Program-made: the position numbers and the translations under genes | The notes under the pieces: model-generated | The model's database searches: none | Seen by the model: the letters and a program-made list of their open reading frames with translations, nothing else | Told to the model about the DNA's origin: nothing | Shown: positions 17,624 to 27,199 of the stretch, piece after piece | Numbering within the stretch: the first letter of the stretch is position 1 | Layout: each line of letters opens with the position of its first letter | Assembly: GCA_902761695.1 (NCBI GenBank) | Contig: CACWLT010000006.1 | Span: 1 to 58,092, forward strand | Source: an uncultured Ruminococcus sp. | GTDB lineage: Bacteria > Bacillota > Clostridia > Oscillospirales > CAG-272 | Direction: 5' to 3' | Length of the DNA stretch: 58,092 bases

Positions 17624-18863
17624 ATGATGACCCCCTGAAGAGAGAGGCGGCGGTCCTGCTGGCCGTGGCGGTGCTGGCGCCTCTGACCGCTTGCGGCGCG
17701 GCGGAGACGGAACCTGACGAATCCTCTGCTCCGGAGCAGTCCGTGAGCGGGGGAGAGGAGGCCGAAACCGAAGCTGTGCCGGAAACGGAGGTCGTTCGGG
17801 TGGACACCCTGGTGGACGGTCCCGCGAAGACGGATCTGGAGGGGTAAAAGCTCCGGCTGGTGACGTCCACCTGGTACAACAACGACCGGATCATCCACCC
17901 GGAGGAGCTGACCGGGGAGGTCATCAACGACGCCGTCTACAACGCCAATCTGGCGGTGGCGGAGACCTACAACTGCGGCTTTGATCCCATTATCCTGGAT
18001 TCCTGTCAGGGGGACCCAGGCCGTGGGGCTTTCGGTAAAATCCGGCATGGACGAATACGACATGTCCTGCAACCACGACAACCAGACCGTGTCCAATGCC
18101 ATGAACGGGTATTTTCTCAATATCCGGGTCTCGGACATCTTCAACTTCGACGCGCCTTGGCGGACCAGGACGGCGGAGGACTTCACCGTGGGCGGGGGCA
18201 TCTTCGCCGGGGACTGGTATCTGGAGGATCTGATCGGGCTGACGAAGGACATGAACCGGGATCTGGACGGGGACGGGGCCATCACCCTGGGAAAGGATCA
18301 GTACGGCTTCATGGCCAGCACGCTGGGACTGGTGAATTTTCAGGTATCCCTGGGCATTTCGGTGGTGGGCAAGGACGAGGAGGGGTATCTCACCTTCTCC
18401 GTGGACCGGGACAGGCTCTCGTCCGCTCTTGACGCCATGGAACGGCTGATGGAGAACGGGCTCAACAAGGATAACGTTCCCGGCGAGCCCTGGGGCTACG
18501 GCACGGTTCATTTCGCCGACGGGAAGGTACTTTTCAACTATCCCCAGATCCTGGATATCCCGGCGCAGATGCACGACACGGACGTTCGGTTCGGGACCCT
18601 GCCGCCGCCGAAGCTGGACGAGAACCAGAAGGACTGCATTTCCGGCTGTTTCGACGTGTACTGGGCGATCCCCAAGACGGCCTGTCACCGGCTGGACGTT
18701 ATCGCCGCCATCATCGAGGGCAGGGGGCACAACTGCTTCTACGGCATGACCTCCGGGACCATGGCGTTCGGAGATCGCGAAGAACGAGTCCATGATCCAG
18801 AAGCAATTGGGGAAGACCAACGACCTCTTCCGGAAGATGAACGAGGAATGGGAGAATCCGTGA
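17624..18863 (+). pseudogene. Heavily decayed solute-binding lipoprotein gene (paralog 3)
   Basis: ATGATGACCCCCTGA: the C5 run puts the lipoprotein signal (LKREAAVLLAVAVLAPLTACG) out of frame. In-frame TAA at 17845-17847 within DLEG*KLRLVTS. Frameshift near the G5 run at ~18010. About 40 aa are missing between FAGDW and LEDLIGL. The C-terminal part is truncated, with the tail IAKNESMIQKQLGKTNDLFRKMNEEWENP* in a third frame. Confidence 0.7.
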
Positions 18864-18903
18864 CGGTCCCGGATGAGTCGGAAGTTATGCCGATAGACTG
18901 CTG

Positions 18904-18944
18904 CAGCCGCCCGGAGGTAAAACTTCGGACGGCTGTCTGTCTGT
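18904..18944 (+). terminator. Possible stem-loop terminator
   Basis: CAGCCGCCCG (18904-18913) pairs with CGGACGGCTG (18926-18935), one mismatch, followed by a T-containing tail TCTGTCTGT. The U-tract is weak. Confidence 0.3.
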
Positions 18945-18997
18945 AGCGTCCGTCCATACAGAGGGGGGAAACACGGAAATTGACAGCTCCCCGGAGA

Positions 18998-19026
18998 TTG
19001 CTTTTTTTGCTCCGATTTGGTATAAT
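18998..19026 (+). promoter_or_regulatory. Extended -10 promoter for the GH2 gene
   Basis: TTGCTT at 18998-19003, 17-nt spacer ending TGG, TATAAT at 19021-19026. Confidence 0.5.
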
Positions 19027-19069
19027 AGGCCGATGAAATCTGTGAAATCCCCATTCCGGAGGAAGAGAC

Positions 19070-22003
19070 ATGCTGAACCGATCCTACATTGCCAATCCCC
19101 ATATGATGGGGGAGAAGCGTCTGCCCGCCCGCTCCCTGCTGATCCCCGCGCAGAAGAGGGGCGTCACCCACAAAAACTTCACCGAATCGGATCGCGTGGA
19201 ACTTCTGAACGGCACATGGCGGTTTTCCTACCGGCAGGAGGACACGGAGGAGGCGTTCTACCGGCCGGACTATGACGACCGGGGAGAGGGCTGGGACGAT
19301 CTTCCCGTGCCGTCCATGTGGCAGTTCCACGGTTACGGCACCTGCTTCTATCCAAACGTGCGCTACTGCTTCCCCTATGATCCGCCGTACATTCACGGCC
19401 CGAATCCGGTGGGGCTGTACCGCCGGACGTTCTTTGCGGAGAAGGCGGAGGGGCGGGTCGTTCTGCGCTTCGGCGGAGTGGACAACGCGTATTTCGTCTG
19501 GCTCAACGGGGAATACGCGGGCTTCTCCAAGGGGAGCCGGATTGCTGCGGAATTCGACGTGACCGCGCTGCTCCGGGAGGGGGAGAATCTTCTGGCGGTG
19601 AAGGTTTACACGTACAGCGACGCGTCGTATCTGGAGAATCAGGACATGCTCATGGCCAGCGGGATCTTCCGGGACGTGATGCTGATCCGGACGGGGAAGA
19701 ACGCCCTCTGGGACTACACGCTGCTGCCGGGCGAGGACGGCTTCCGGGTGAAATACAGCTGCGGCGCGGCGGGCGGTCCGGCTGTTCTGCGGTTTTCGCT
19801 GGATGACGCGGAGGGGGAGGAGATATCCCGTGCGGAGTGCCCGCTGACGGCCTCCGGGGAGGTGTTTCTGCCCATCGAGAACGCCGTGACCTGGAACGCG
19901 GAGAGGCCCTATCTCTACACCTTTACGATGGAAATTATGGAAAACGGCGCCGTGACCGAGGTTCACACCAAGCGGGCGGGGATCGCGAGGTCGGAGATCC
20001 GGGGGAACTCTTTATTGATGAACGGGCGTCCCATCACCCTCAAGGGTGTCAACCGGCACGAGAACAACGCGCGGGCGGGCCGGGCAATTACGGTGGAGCA
20101 GATCGAGCGGGAACTCAGAGACATCAAAGCCTGCGGGCTCAACGCCATCCGATGCTCCCACTACACCAACCAGTCGGTCTTTTACGAGCTGGCGTCGGAG
20201 CTGGGCATTTACGTCATGGACGAGGCGGACGCGGAGACCCACGGGGCGGAGGCCAGCGGGGATCAGGGGGCGCTCAACAAGGATCCGGCGTGGTTCGACG
20301 CCTTCTTCGACCGCTTCTCCCGGATGACGGCGCTGGACAAGAACGAGACCTGCGTCAACATCTGGTCCACGGGGAACGAATGCGGGGCCGGACAGAACCA
20401 CACGAAGTGCGTGGAATGGCTCATGAAGCAGGAATTCGCCAAGCCCGTCAACACCGCCTCCCCCATGCCGGAGGGGGCGAAGGAGGTCTTTGCCTACACG
20501 GGCTACATGCCCATGAGCACCCTGCGGAATTATCCGAAGGACGCGGCCCATCCCTATCTGATGGTGGAATACGGTCACGCCATGGGGAACTCTCCCGGCG
20601 GGCTGGAGGACATCTGGAACTGGGTTTACGAGAACGAGCAGTGCTGCGGCGGCTATGTGTGGGAGTTCAAGAGCCACGGCTTTTACACGGAAGGGAAGGC
20701 CGGGCGGCCCCGGTACCTCTACGGCGGGGACTTCCCGGACGTCTATCACTGGTCCAACTTCTCCCTGGACGGCTACCACACCAGCGACGGAACGCCGAAG
20801 CCGACCTGGGATGAGCTTCGGGAGGTATCCGCGCCGGTGCATGTGCGCTGGACGGACGCGGGGGCCGAGCTGAAGAATACCTTTGACTTCACGTCCCTGG
20901 ACGGTTTTGCGCTCCGGTGGGCCATCCGGGCGGACGGGGTGACGGTGAAGAGCGGCGAATACGCCCTGGACGGGATCGGTCCCCGGGAATGGAGGGCCTT
21001 CCCCCTGCCGGTGTCCGATGCGGATTTGGCCGGGCTGACGGGGCTGATCACCGCGGACTGCGAATTTTACAAGGGTGAGGAGAAGATCGCCCGCAAGCAG
21101 AAGATCCTCTGCGACATTCCCGCGCCCATGCCGGAGCCCGAGGTCTTTGCCCATACCGTGGAGACATGGGACTGCGGCGCGGCGGTGAAGGGAGAGGACT
21201 TTGCCGTTCTGATCCGGGACGGACAGCTGACGCGGCTGGAGCGGGACGGGAGGATCATTTTTGAGAATCCCATGCGGCTCAACTGCTGGCGGGCTCCCAC
21301 GGACAACGACGGGATCGTGGGCTTTGCGCCGCGCCTGGCCGGGGACTGGAAGGACAAGCTCGTGGACACCATGGTCTTTGGCTGTTATGGCGTGAAGGTC
21401 GAGGACGGGGCGGATGCCGTGCGGGTGACGGCGGAGGGAAAATTCCTGCCGTACTGCCACGACTGGGGCTTTGAAGCAGCGCTGATATACACCGTTCTGG
21501 CCCACGGTGAGGTGGATGTGTCCGTGAAGCTCACGCCGTACGGTCAGGGTGCGCCTGAGGTGCTCCCCCGGGTGGGCGTTGTGTTCACGCTGCCGGAGGA
21601 TTATTCCCGCTGCGCCTGGCTGGGACGGGGACCCGGGGACAGCTATCCGGACCGGAAGGCAGACGCGCCGGTTGGGCTCTGGGAGGACGATGCGGAGCGG
21701 ATGAACTTCCTCTACGACGTGCCCCAGGAGACGGGGAACCACGAGGACTGCCGCCGGGTCACGGTGAAGGGCGAGGGCCGGGAGCTGACGGTGCTCGGCG
21801 AATTTTCCTTCTCCCTCCACGATTTCACGCTGGAAAATCTGACGGCGGCCCGCCACCGCGACGAGCTGGAGAAAAGCCGGGAGCGGTTCCTCTATATCGA
21901 TCACCGGCACCGTGGGCTCGGGTCCAATTCCTGCGGTCCCCAGCCCGAGGCGGAATACGAGCTGCCCATGGGTCCCTTTGCCTGGGAATTCCGGATCCGT
22001 TGA
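19070..22003 (+). CDS. lacZ: GH2 beta-galactosidase (LacZ-like)
   Basis: 977 aa. VNRHE, WSTGNECG (acid/base region) and MVEYGHAMGNS (nucleophile region) match the LacZ motifs WSLGNESG and CEYAHAMGNS. Confidence 0.85.
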   Translation: MLNRSYIANPHMMGEKRLPARSLLIPAQKRGVTHKNFTESDRVELLNGTWRFSYRQEDTEEAFYRPDYDDRGEGWDDLPVPSMWQFHGYGTCFYPNVRYCFPYDPPYIHGPNPVGLYRRTFFAEKAEGRVVLRFGGVDNAYFVWLNGEYAGFSKGSRIAAEFDVTALLREGENLLAVKVYTYSDASYLENQDMLMASGIFRDVMLIRTGKNALWDYTLLPGEDGFRVKYSCGAAGGPAVLRFSLDDAEGEEISRAECPLTASGEVFLPIENAVTWNAERPYLYTFTMEIMENGAVTEVHTKRAGIARSEIRGNSLLMNGRPITLKGVNRHENNARAGRAITVEQIERELRDIKACGLNAIRCSHYTNQSVFYELASELGIYVMDEADAETHGAEASGDQGALNKDPAWFDAFFDRFSRMTALDKNETCVNIWSTGNECGAGQNHTKCVEWLMKQEFAKPVNTASPMPEGAKEVFAYTGYMPMSTLRNYPKDAAHPYLMVEYGHAMGNSPGGLEDIWNWVYENEQCCGGYVWEFKSHGFYTEGKAGRPRYLYGGDFPDVYHWSNFSLDGYHTSDGTPKPTWDELREVSAPVHVRWTDAGAELKNTFDFTSLDGFALRWAIRADGVTVKSGEYALDGIGPREWRAFPLPVSDADLAGLTGLITADCEFYKGEEKIARKQKILCDIPAPMPEPEVFAHTVETWDCGAAVKGEDFAVLIRDGQLTRLERDGRIIFENPMRLNCWRAPTDNDGIVGFAPRLAGDWKDKLVDTMVFGCYGVKVEDGADAVRVTAEGKFLPYCHDWGFEAALIYTVLAHGEVDVSVKLTPYGQGAPEVLPRVGVVFTLPEDYSRCAWLGRGPGDSYPDRKADAPVGLWEDDAERMNFLYDVPQETGNHEDCRRVTVKGEGRELTVLGEFSFSLHDFTLENLTAARHRDELEKSRERFLYIDHRHRGLGSNSCGPQPEAEYELPMGPFAWEFRIR

Positions 22004-22016
22004 CGGGAGGATGATC

Positions 22017-24143
22017 ATGACACGCAAACGAATGCTTTTATGGGGAACGGTCTGCTGCCTGCTGCTGTTTTTCGCTGCCTGCCGCAAGGGGGGACCGGTG
22101 CACATTGAGCCGTCGTCGCCTGAAAACAGCCTGCCCGGCAGCACCCAGGCCGCTGCGGATGCCGGAAAGACGGAGACGCCGGAGCCCGCGGGTCCCGACT
22201 GCACCCTGGTCCGGGCGGACAACTCCTCCAAAGCCGTGACGGACGCCGCCGTTGCCCTGCGGAAGACGCTGGAGGAGATGGGGCTGACGGTGGAGCTGAC
22301 GACCGACTGGGTGAAGCGGGGCGAGGAGATCACGCGGTATCCCGGCGAGATCCTCATCGGGCGCACCAACCGGCCGGAATCCGAGGCGCTGTATGCCCGG
22401 ATGGACGAGGCGGAGGAGCCCTACGACTACATCGTCTCCGTCGGCGGGGTCATGTGCGTGGCCTGCGAGGACGAAGGGGCCATGGACGCCGCGGAGCTGT
22501 TCGCCGGGGAATACGCGAAATGGCGCGCGGGGCGGGACGGCTACGGGGATCAGGAATTCGACAGGCTCCATGAATTCGAGCGGAAGCTGGTGATCGGCGG
22601 GGAGGCCTACGTCCGGGTGAACGTCACCGGGGGCAAATCCGCGCCGGAGCAGTTCGCGGCCTCCGAGCTGAAGAAATACCTGAAAAAGATGGGGCTTTAC
22701 GAAGGGGACGGCGCGACGGTCACCCTGAATCTGGATCTGAGCCTGAGCCGGGACTCCTACGCGATAGCCGTGGGGGAAAACGGGGAGATCGCCGTCACAG
22801 GCGGCAACGGGCGGGGCGTGATCTACGGGGCCTACGCCTTTCTGGAGCGGTACGCCGGGGCGCGGTTCTTCATGCCGGGGCTGGAATCCCTGGGGAGCGG
22901 GGACATCATCGTGGACGGCGGCTTCACCCATGACATGATCTTCGAGATGCGGCAGTCCGACTGGCAGTGCGGCAACAGCGACATTGACTGGTGCGTGAAG
23001 AACGGCATAAACCAGCGGGATATCCCGGCGTCCAAGGGCGGCAATATCAAATACGGCGGGTTCGTCCACACCATGTCCTCCCTGGCGGGGACGCCGGCGG
23101 ACAAGCAGCCCTGCTTCTCGGATCCGGAGATCCTGGACACGGTGATTGCGAACGTCCGGGCCATGCTGGAACGGGATCCCTCCATCACCATCGTCTCGGT
23201 GTCCCAGAACGACAACCAGAACTACTGCACCTGCGCCAAATGCCGGGCGGTGGACGCGGAGGAGGGCAGCCACATGGGGACGCTTCTGCGGTTCGTCAAC
23301 GCCGTGGCGGAGGATATCGAAGACGACTACCCGGACGTGATCATCGACACCCTGGCCTATCAGCACACCAGGCAGGCCCCGAAGATCACGCGGCCCCGGG
23401 ACAACGTCTGCATCCGGCTCTGCTCCATCGAGTGCTGCTTCAGCCATCCGCTGAACGATCCCTCCTGCTCCGTGAACGCGGCCTTCAAAAAGGACATCGA
23501 GGACTGGAACGAGATCTGCGACCGGATCTACGTCTGGGACTACGTGACCTGCTTCTCCTACTACGTAGAGACCTTCCCGAACTTCGAGGTGCTCAGGGAG
23601 AACATGCGGTTTTTCGCGGAGCACGGGGTGAAGGGGATGTATCCCGAGGGGAACTACAATTCACCGAAGTCCGGGGAGTTCGGCGAGCTGCGGTGTTATC
23701 TGCTGGCAAAGCTCATGGCGGATCCCATGATGAGCGACGAGGACTATCACGCGTACATGGACGAGTTCCTGGCCGCCTACTACGGGGAGGGCTGGGAGAG
23801 CATCCGGGAATACATCGACTGGAGCTGCGCGCTGGCGGCGAAGAAGCACATGAACATCTGGAATCCCATGACCTCGGTGCTGGGCATCAAGCGGAGCGAG
23901 CGGGCGGAGGTCCTCTCCCGCTGGGATGAGGCCTGGGACCGGGCGGAGGCGCTGGCGGGGGACCGTCTGGACGCGGTGAAGCGCTCCCGGCTTCAATGGA
24001 CCTGCGTGAGGCTGATGTTCTCCCCCGACGCGGAAATGGCAAGGGCGTTTCTGGATGAGATCGAGCGGCAGGACATCCGCTGGAACGAATGGAACCCCAT
24101 GCCGGTGAATCCGAACCTCTCGGTCTCCGCGGCGGGGTGGTGA
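22017..24143 (+). CDS. DUF4838-like surface lipoprotein (glycan-active, function unknown)
   Basis: ATG at 22017, 6 nt after GGGAGG. MTRKRMLLWGTVCCLLLFFAAC lipobox. SQNDNQNYCTCAKCRAVD, TLAYQHT and CSIECCFSHP are motifs recalled from the DUF4838 family. About 75-80% identical over ~500 aa to the paralog at 40456. Confidence 0.6.
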   Translation: MTRKRMLLWGTVCCLLLFFAACRKGGPVHIEPSSPENSLPGSTQAAADAGKTETPEPAGPDCTLVRADNSSKAVTDAAVALRKTLEEMGLTVELTTDWVKRGEEITRYPGEILIGRTNRPESEALYARMDEAEEPYDYIVSVGGVMCVACEDEGAMDAAELFAGEYAKWRAGRDGYGDQEFDRLHEFERKLVIGGEAYVRVNVTGGKSAPEQFAASELKKYLKKMGLYEGDGATVTLNLDLSLSRDSYAIAVGENGEIAVTGGNGRGVIYGAYAFLERYAGARFFMPGLESLGSGDIIVDGGFTHDMIFEMRQSDWQCGNSDIDWCVKNGINQRDIPASKGGNIKYGGFVHTMSSLAGTPADKQPCFSDPEILDTVIANVRAMLERDPSITIVSVSQNDNQNYCTCAKCRAVDAEEGSHMGTLLRFVNAVAEDIEDDYPDVIIDTLAYQHTRQAPKITRPRDNVCIRLCSIECCFSHPLNDPSCSVNAAFKKDIEDWNEICDRIYVWDYVTCFSYYVETFPNFEVLRENMRFFAEHGVKGMYPEGNYNSPKSGEFGELRCYLLAKLMADPMMSDEDYHAYMDEFLAAYYGEGWESIREYIDWSCALAAKKHMNIWNPMTSVLGIKRSERAEVLSRWDEAWDRAEALAGDRLDAVKRSRLQWTCVRLMFSPDAEMARAFLDEIERQDIRWNEWNPMPVNPNLSVSAAGW

Positions 24144-24198
24144 CGGTCGGAGATTATCGCGGAAAACACAGCGGCAGAATACGGAAAGGACGACAGCG

Positions 24199-25425
24199 AT
24201 GAAAATGAAAAGACGAATCAGCGTTCTGCTGGCCATGATCCTGCTCTCCGGGGCCCTTGCCTCCTGCGGCGGGGGAACGCAGGAGAGCGGCGGTACCGGG
24301 GAAAACCAGACGGCGGCTGTGACGGAGGCGGAAGGACAGCAGGATGAGGCGGAGAATCCCGCCGGTCACAGCGGAGAAGCCGAGCCGGGAGAAGAAGCCG
24401 GTCAGCACTCCGAATCGGAGGAGGCCGAACCGGAGCAGCCGGCGGCGGAGCGGGACACGAGCCTCCACGATCAGGAGGTGACGGCACCCGAGGCGGGCAT
24501 GACCGAGGTAGAGCGGGGGATGTTTCTGGCGAAGGTGGGGGACTGCGGGTTCTCGGCGTTTCTGGCGGGGGGCGGCGCGTCCTCCGACGGGGATGTGGTG
24601 GCCTTCCTCTCCTCCCTGCTGATGGCGCCTGGGCTGGACGTCTCTCCCGTCGGCATGGGATGCAGCACCTACGCGGCGGAAAGCGCGGACGGCGGGCACG
24701 TTTTCGGGCGGAACTTCGACTGGAGCTGCTCCCAGGTGATGCTGCTGGAGGCTCACCCCGCAGACGGATACGCCTCCTTCTCCACGGTGAATCTGGACTT
24801 TCTCCGGGAGAGCGCGAATCTTCCGAACGAGGTTCTGCCCACGGCGGCCTACTACGCGCCTCTGGACGGCATGAACGAGAAGGGGCTGGCGGTCTCGGTC
24901 AACATGATCAGCGACACGGCCCGGATCAGTCAGAACACGAACAAGCCGGACCTGACCACCACCACGGCCATGCGGCTGATGCTGGACCGGGCGGCCTCGG
25001 TGGAGGAAGCGCTGGCGCTGCTGGGAAGCTATGACCTCCACGGCTCCTACGACATGATGATCCACTTCGCCGTGTCCGACACCACGGGCCGCGCGGTGGA
25101 CGTGGAGTACATCGGGGGCGAGATGACGGTGGTGGAGACGCCGATCCTGACGAACTTCTATCTGGCGGAGGGGGAGAAGCAGGGCATCGGCTCCGAGGAA
25201 TCCCACCGGCGGTACGAGACGCTGGAGGCTTTTTTAAAGGCGCACGAAAAGGCGGACATTTACGACGTGCGGGACGCGCTCACCGCCGCCCGGGAATCGG
25301 CCTTCGATCCCGATCCGTCGGAGGGCACCGAATGGAGCGTGCTGTACGATCAGACCAACCTCACCGCCACCTGGTACCGGCGGGAAAAGTTCGATCAGGG
25401 CTGGACGGTGAAGCTGGGGTCGTGA
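24199..25425 (+). CDS. Ntn-type linear amide C-N hydrolase lipoprotein (choloylglycine hydrolase/C45-like)
   Basis: MKMKRRISVLLAMILLSGALASCGG lipobox; acidic low-complexity linker (EAEGQQDEAENP…SESEEAEPEQP); GCSTYAAESADGGHVFGRNFDW resembles the Cys-nucleophile segment. Confidence 0.55.
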   Translation: MKMKRRISVLLAMILLSGALASCGGGTQESGGTGENQTAAVTEAEGQQDEAENPAGHSGEAEPGEEAGQHSESEEAEPEQPAAERDTSLHDQEVTAPEAGMTEVERGMFLAKVGDCGFSAFLAGGGASSDGDVVAFLSSLLMAPGLDVSPVGMGCSTYAAESADGGHVFGRNFDWSCSQVMLLEAHPADGYASFSTVNLDFLRESANLPNEVLPTAAYYAPLDGMNEKGLAVSVNMISDTARISQNTNKPDLTTTTAMRLMLDRAASVEEALALLGSYDLHGSYDMMIHFAVSDTTGRAVDVEYIGGEMTVVETPILTNFYLAEGEKQGIGSEESHRRYETLEAFLKAHEKADIYDVRDALTAARESAFDPDPSEGTEWSVLYDQTNLTATWYRREKFDQGWTVKLGS

Positions 25426-25455
25426 GGGGAAAGGAATAAACTGAACGAAATATTT

Positions 25456-25495
25456 CTCCGGGAGTTTCCGATGCGGGAGCTCCCGGAGTTTTTTT
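25456..25495 (+). terminator. Rho-independent terminator
   Basis: Perfect 9-bp stem CTCCGGGAG (25456-25464) / CTCCCGGAG (25480-25488) followed by TTTTTTT (25489-25495). Confidence 0.75.
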
Positions 25496-25558
25496 CATGC
25501 GGGAGTGAAGAAAACAGAACATTTTTCTTATGTTCTTGTGCAATTTTCCGAAAAACGC

Positions 25559-25587
25559 TTGCGCGGGCGGGGGTATTTTGCTACAAT
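25559..25587 (+). promoter_or_regulatory. SigA-type promoter with extended -10
   Basis: TTGCGC at 25559-25564, 17-nt G-rich spacer ending TGC, TACAAT at 25582-25587; ~85-nt leader to the SBP ATG at 25674. Confidence 0.5.
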
Positions 25588-25673
25588 AAAGACGAGAATC
25601 TCCTGCGGGCACTGTTCCTTTTCGGAAGGGAGCGCACGGAGACAACCTGAACGGACAAGGAGGATTTCACAGG

Positions 25674-27164
25674 ATGAAAAGAACGGCGGCGATGCTTTTA
25701 GCGCTCACACTTCTCGGCTCCCTCGTTTCCTGCGCGGCGCAGAAGCCGGAGGAGGAACAGAATCAGACGCCCTCCGCAGGCGTTCAGACCCAGGCGGCGG
25801 ATCCCGGAACGGAAACACAGGCTGCGCCGGAGGAAACCGTCATTCCGCTTGGCATCCCGGAGGAGGACAACGGAGGACGCGACTTCCACGTGCTCGTTCC
25901 AATCGAAAAGGCCTACGAGTTCGTCACGGAGGCCACCGGAGAGGTTGTGAACGACGCGATCTTCGAGCGGAGCAACAAGACGGCGGACCTCTTCAACATC
26001 AGCTTTTCCTATCAGTACGAGCCCGGCGGGTGGGACTACCGGGATTCCTACAACAATTTCATCAAGAACGCGGTGCTGGCCGGGGATTCCACCTACGATC
26101 TGGCAACGGGGTACATTGTCTGCACCCTGCCGGTCTACATGCAGGGCAGTCTCACGGACTTCATGACCGTGGAGGGGCTGAATCTGGACAATCCCTGGTG
26201 GATGAACGGGCTGTATGAGGACCTCAACGTGGACGGGCATCTCTTCTGCGTATACGGGGACGCCAATCTCTCCGTCTACAAGGATTGCTCGGTGATTTAC
26301 TTCAACAAGCAGGTGCTGAACGACTTCGGGCTGGAGAATCCCTACGATCTTGTCCGGGAGGGGACCTGGACCATGGAAAAGTTCCTCTCCATGGCGGAAA
26401 CGACGGTGGTGGACATTGACGGCGACACGAAGATCAATCCCGAAATCGACGCCATCGGAGCCTACGCGCAGGGGGTGCCGCTCCGGGCATTCCAGACCTC
26501 CCTGGACGTGAAGGTTATCGACACGGACGAGGCGGGGGAGCGCGTTTCTGCGGGGCTGACGGAGCGGCTGATCCAGGCTCACGAATGGGTGACGCGGTTT
26601 CTGCGGGCCGACTGCGAGTCCCTCTACGGGGAGATGAACGCGGTGGACTTCTACCAGTTCTGCCATCATCTGGCGGAGAACCGGTCCCTGTTCCACGCAT
26701 CCTACATCTACATCATCGAGGGGGACGTGATGCGGAACATGGAGGCGGATTTCGGCATCATCCCCTATCCGAAGTTCGACGAGGCCCAGGACCGGTACAA
26801 GACGCAGATCGGCACCTCCTCCAATGTGGTCTTCCTGACGAAGACGGCGGGGGATCCCTCCCTGTCCTGCCGGGTGATGGAAGCCCTGAACTACTACAGC
26901 ATGCTGGATGTCATCCCCACCTACTACACCGTGGCACTCGAGAACAAATACACGCGTGACAAGGACGTCCCCGAAATGCTGGCGCTGATCCGGGAGGGGA
27001 TGACCATGGACTTCGCCTTCGCCTACTCCACATGCTTCTCCGGTCAGTGGCCAAACACTCTGATGGTTGTGGGAGACACCGATCTGGCCTCCAAGATGAA
27101 GGGTTGGGAAAAGATGTGGAAGAAGGATCTGGAAAAGCTGGCGAAAATTCCGGAACAGCCTTGA
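25674..27164 (+). CDS. Extracellular solute-binding lipoprotein, paralog 4
   Basis: MKRTAAMLLALTLLGSLVSCA lipobox; ENPYDLVREGTWTMEKF and DIDGDTKINPE motifs. Confidence 0.8.
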   Translation: MKRTAAMLLALTLLGSLVSCAAQKPEEEQNQTPSAGVQTQAADPGTETQAAPEETVIPLGIPEEDNGGRDFHVLVPIEKAYEFVTEATGEVVNDAIFERSNKTADLFNISFSYQYEPGGWDYRDSYNNFIKNAVLAGDSTYDLATGYIVCTLPVYMQGSLTDFMTVEGLNLDNPWWMNGLYEDLNVDGHLFCVYGDANLSVYKDCSVIYFNKQVLNDFGLENPYDLVREGTWTMEKFLSMAETTVVDIDGDTKINPEIDAIGAYAQGVPLRAFQTSLDVKVIDTDEAGERVSAGLTERLIQAHEWVTRFLRADCESLYGEMNAVDFYQFCHHLAENRSLFHASYIYIIEGDVMRNMEADFGIIPYPKFDEAQDRYKTQIGTSSNVVFLTKTAGDPSLSCRVMEALNYYSMLDVIPTYYTVALENKYTRDKDVPEMLALIREGMTMDFAFAYSTCFSGQWPNTLMVVGDTDLASKMKGWEKMWKKDLEKLAKIPEQP

Positions 27165-27199
27165 AAACAAAGAAGGACAAAACACAAAGGAGAATCATC

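Noticed and set aside
17624-17640. The C5 homopolymer at the start of the SBP gene as a phase-variation switch
   Set aside because: The same gene also carries a nonsense codon, a second frameshift and deletions, so restoring the C-tract could not restore function.
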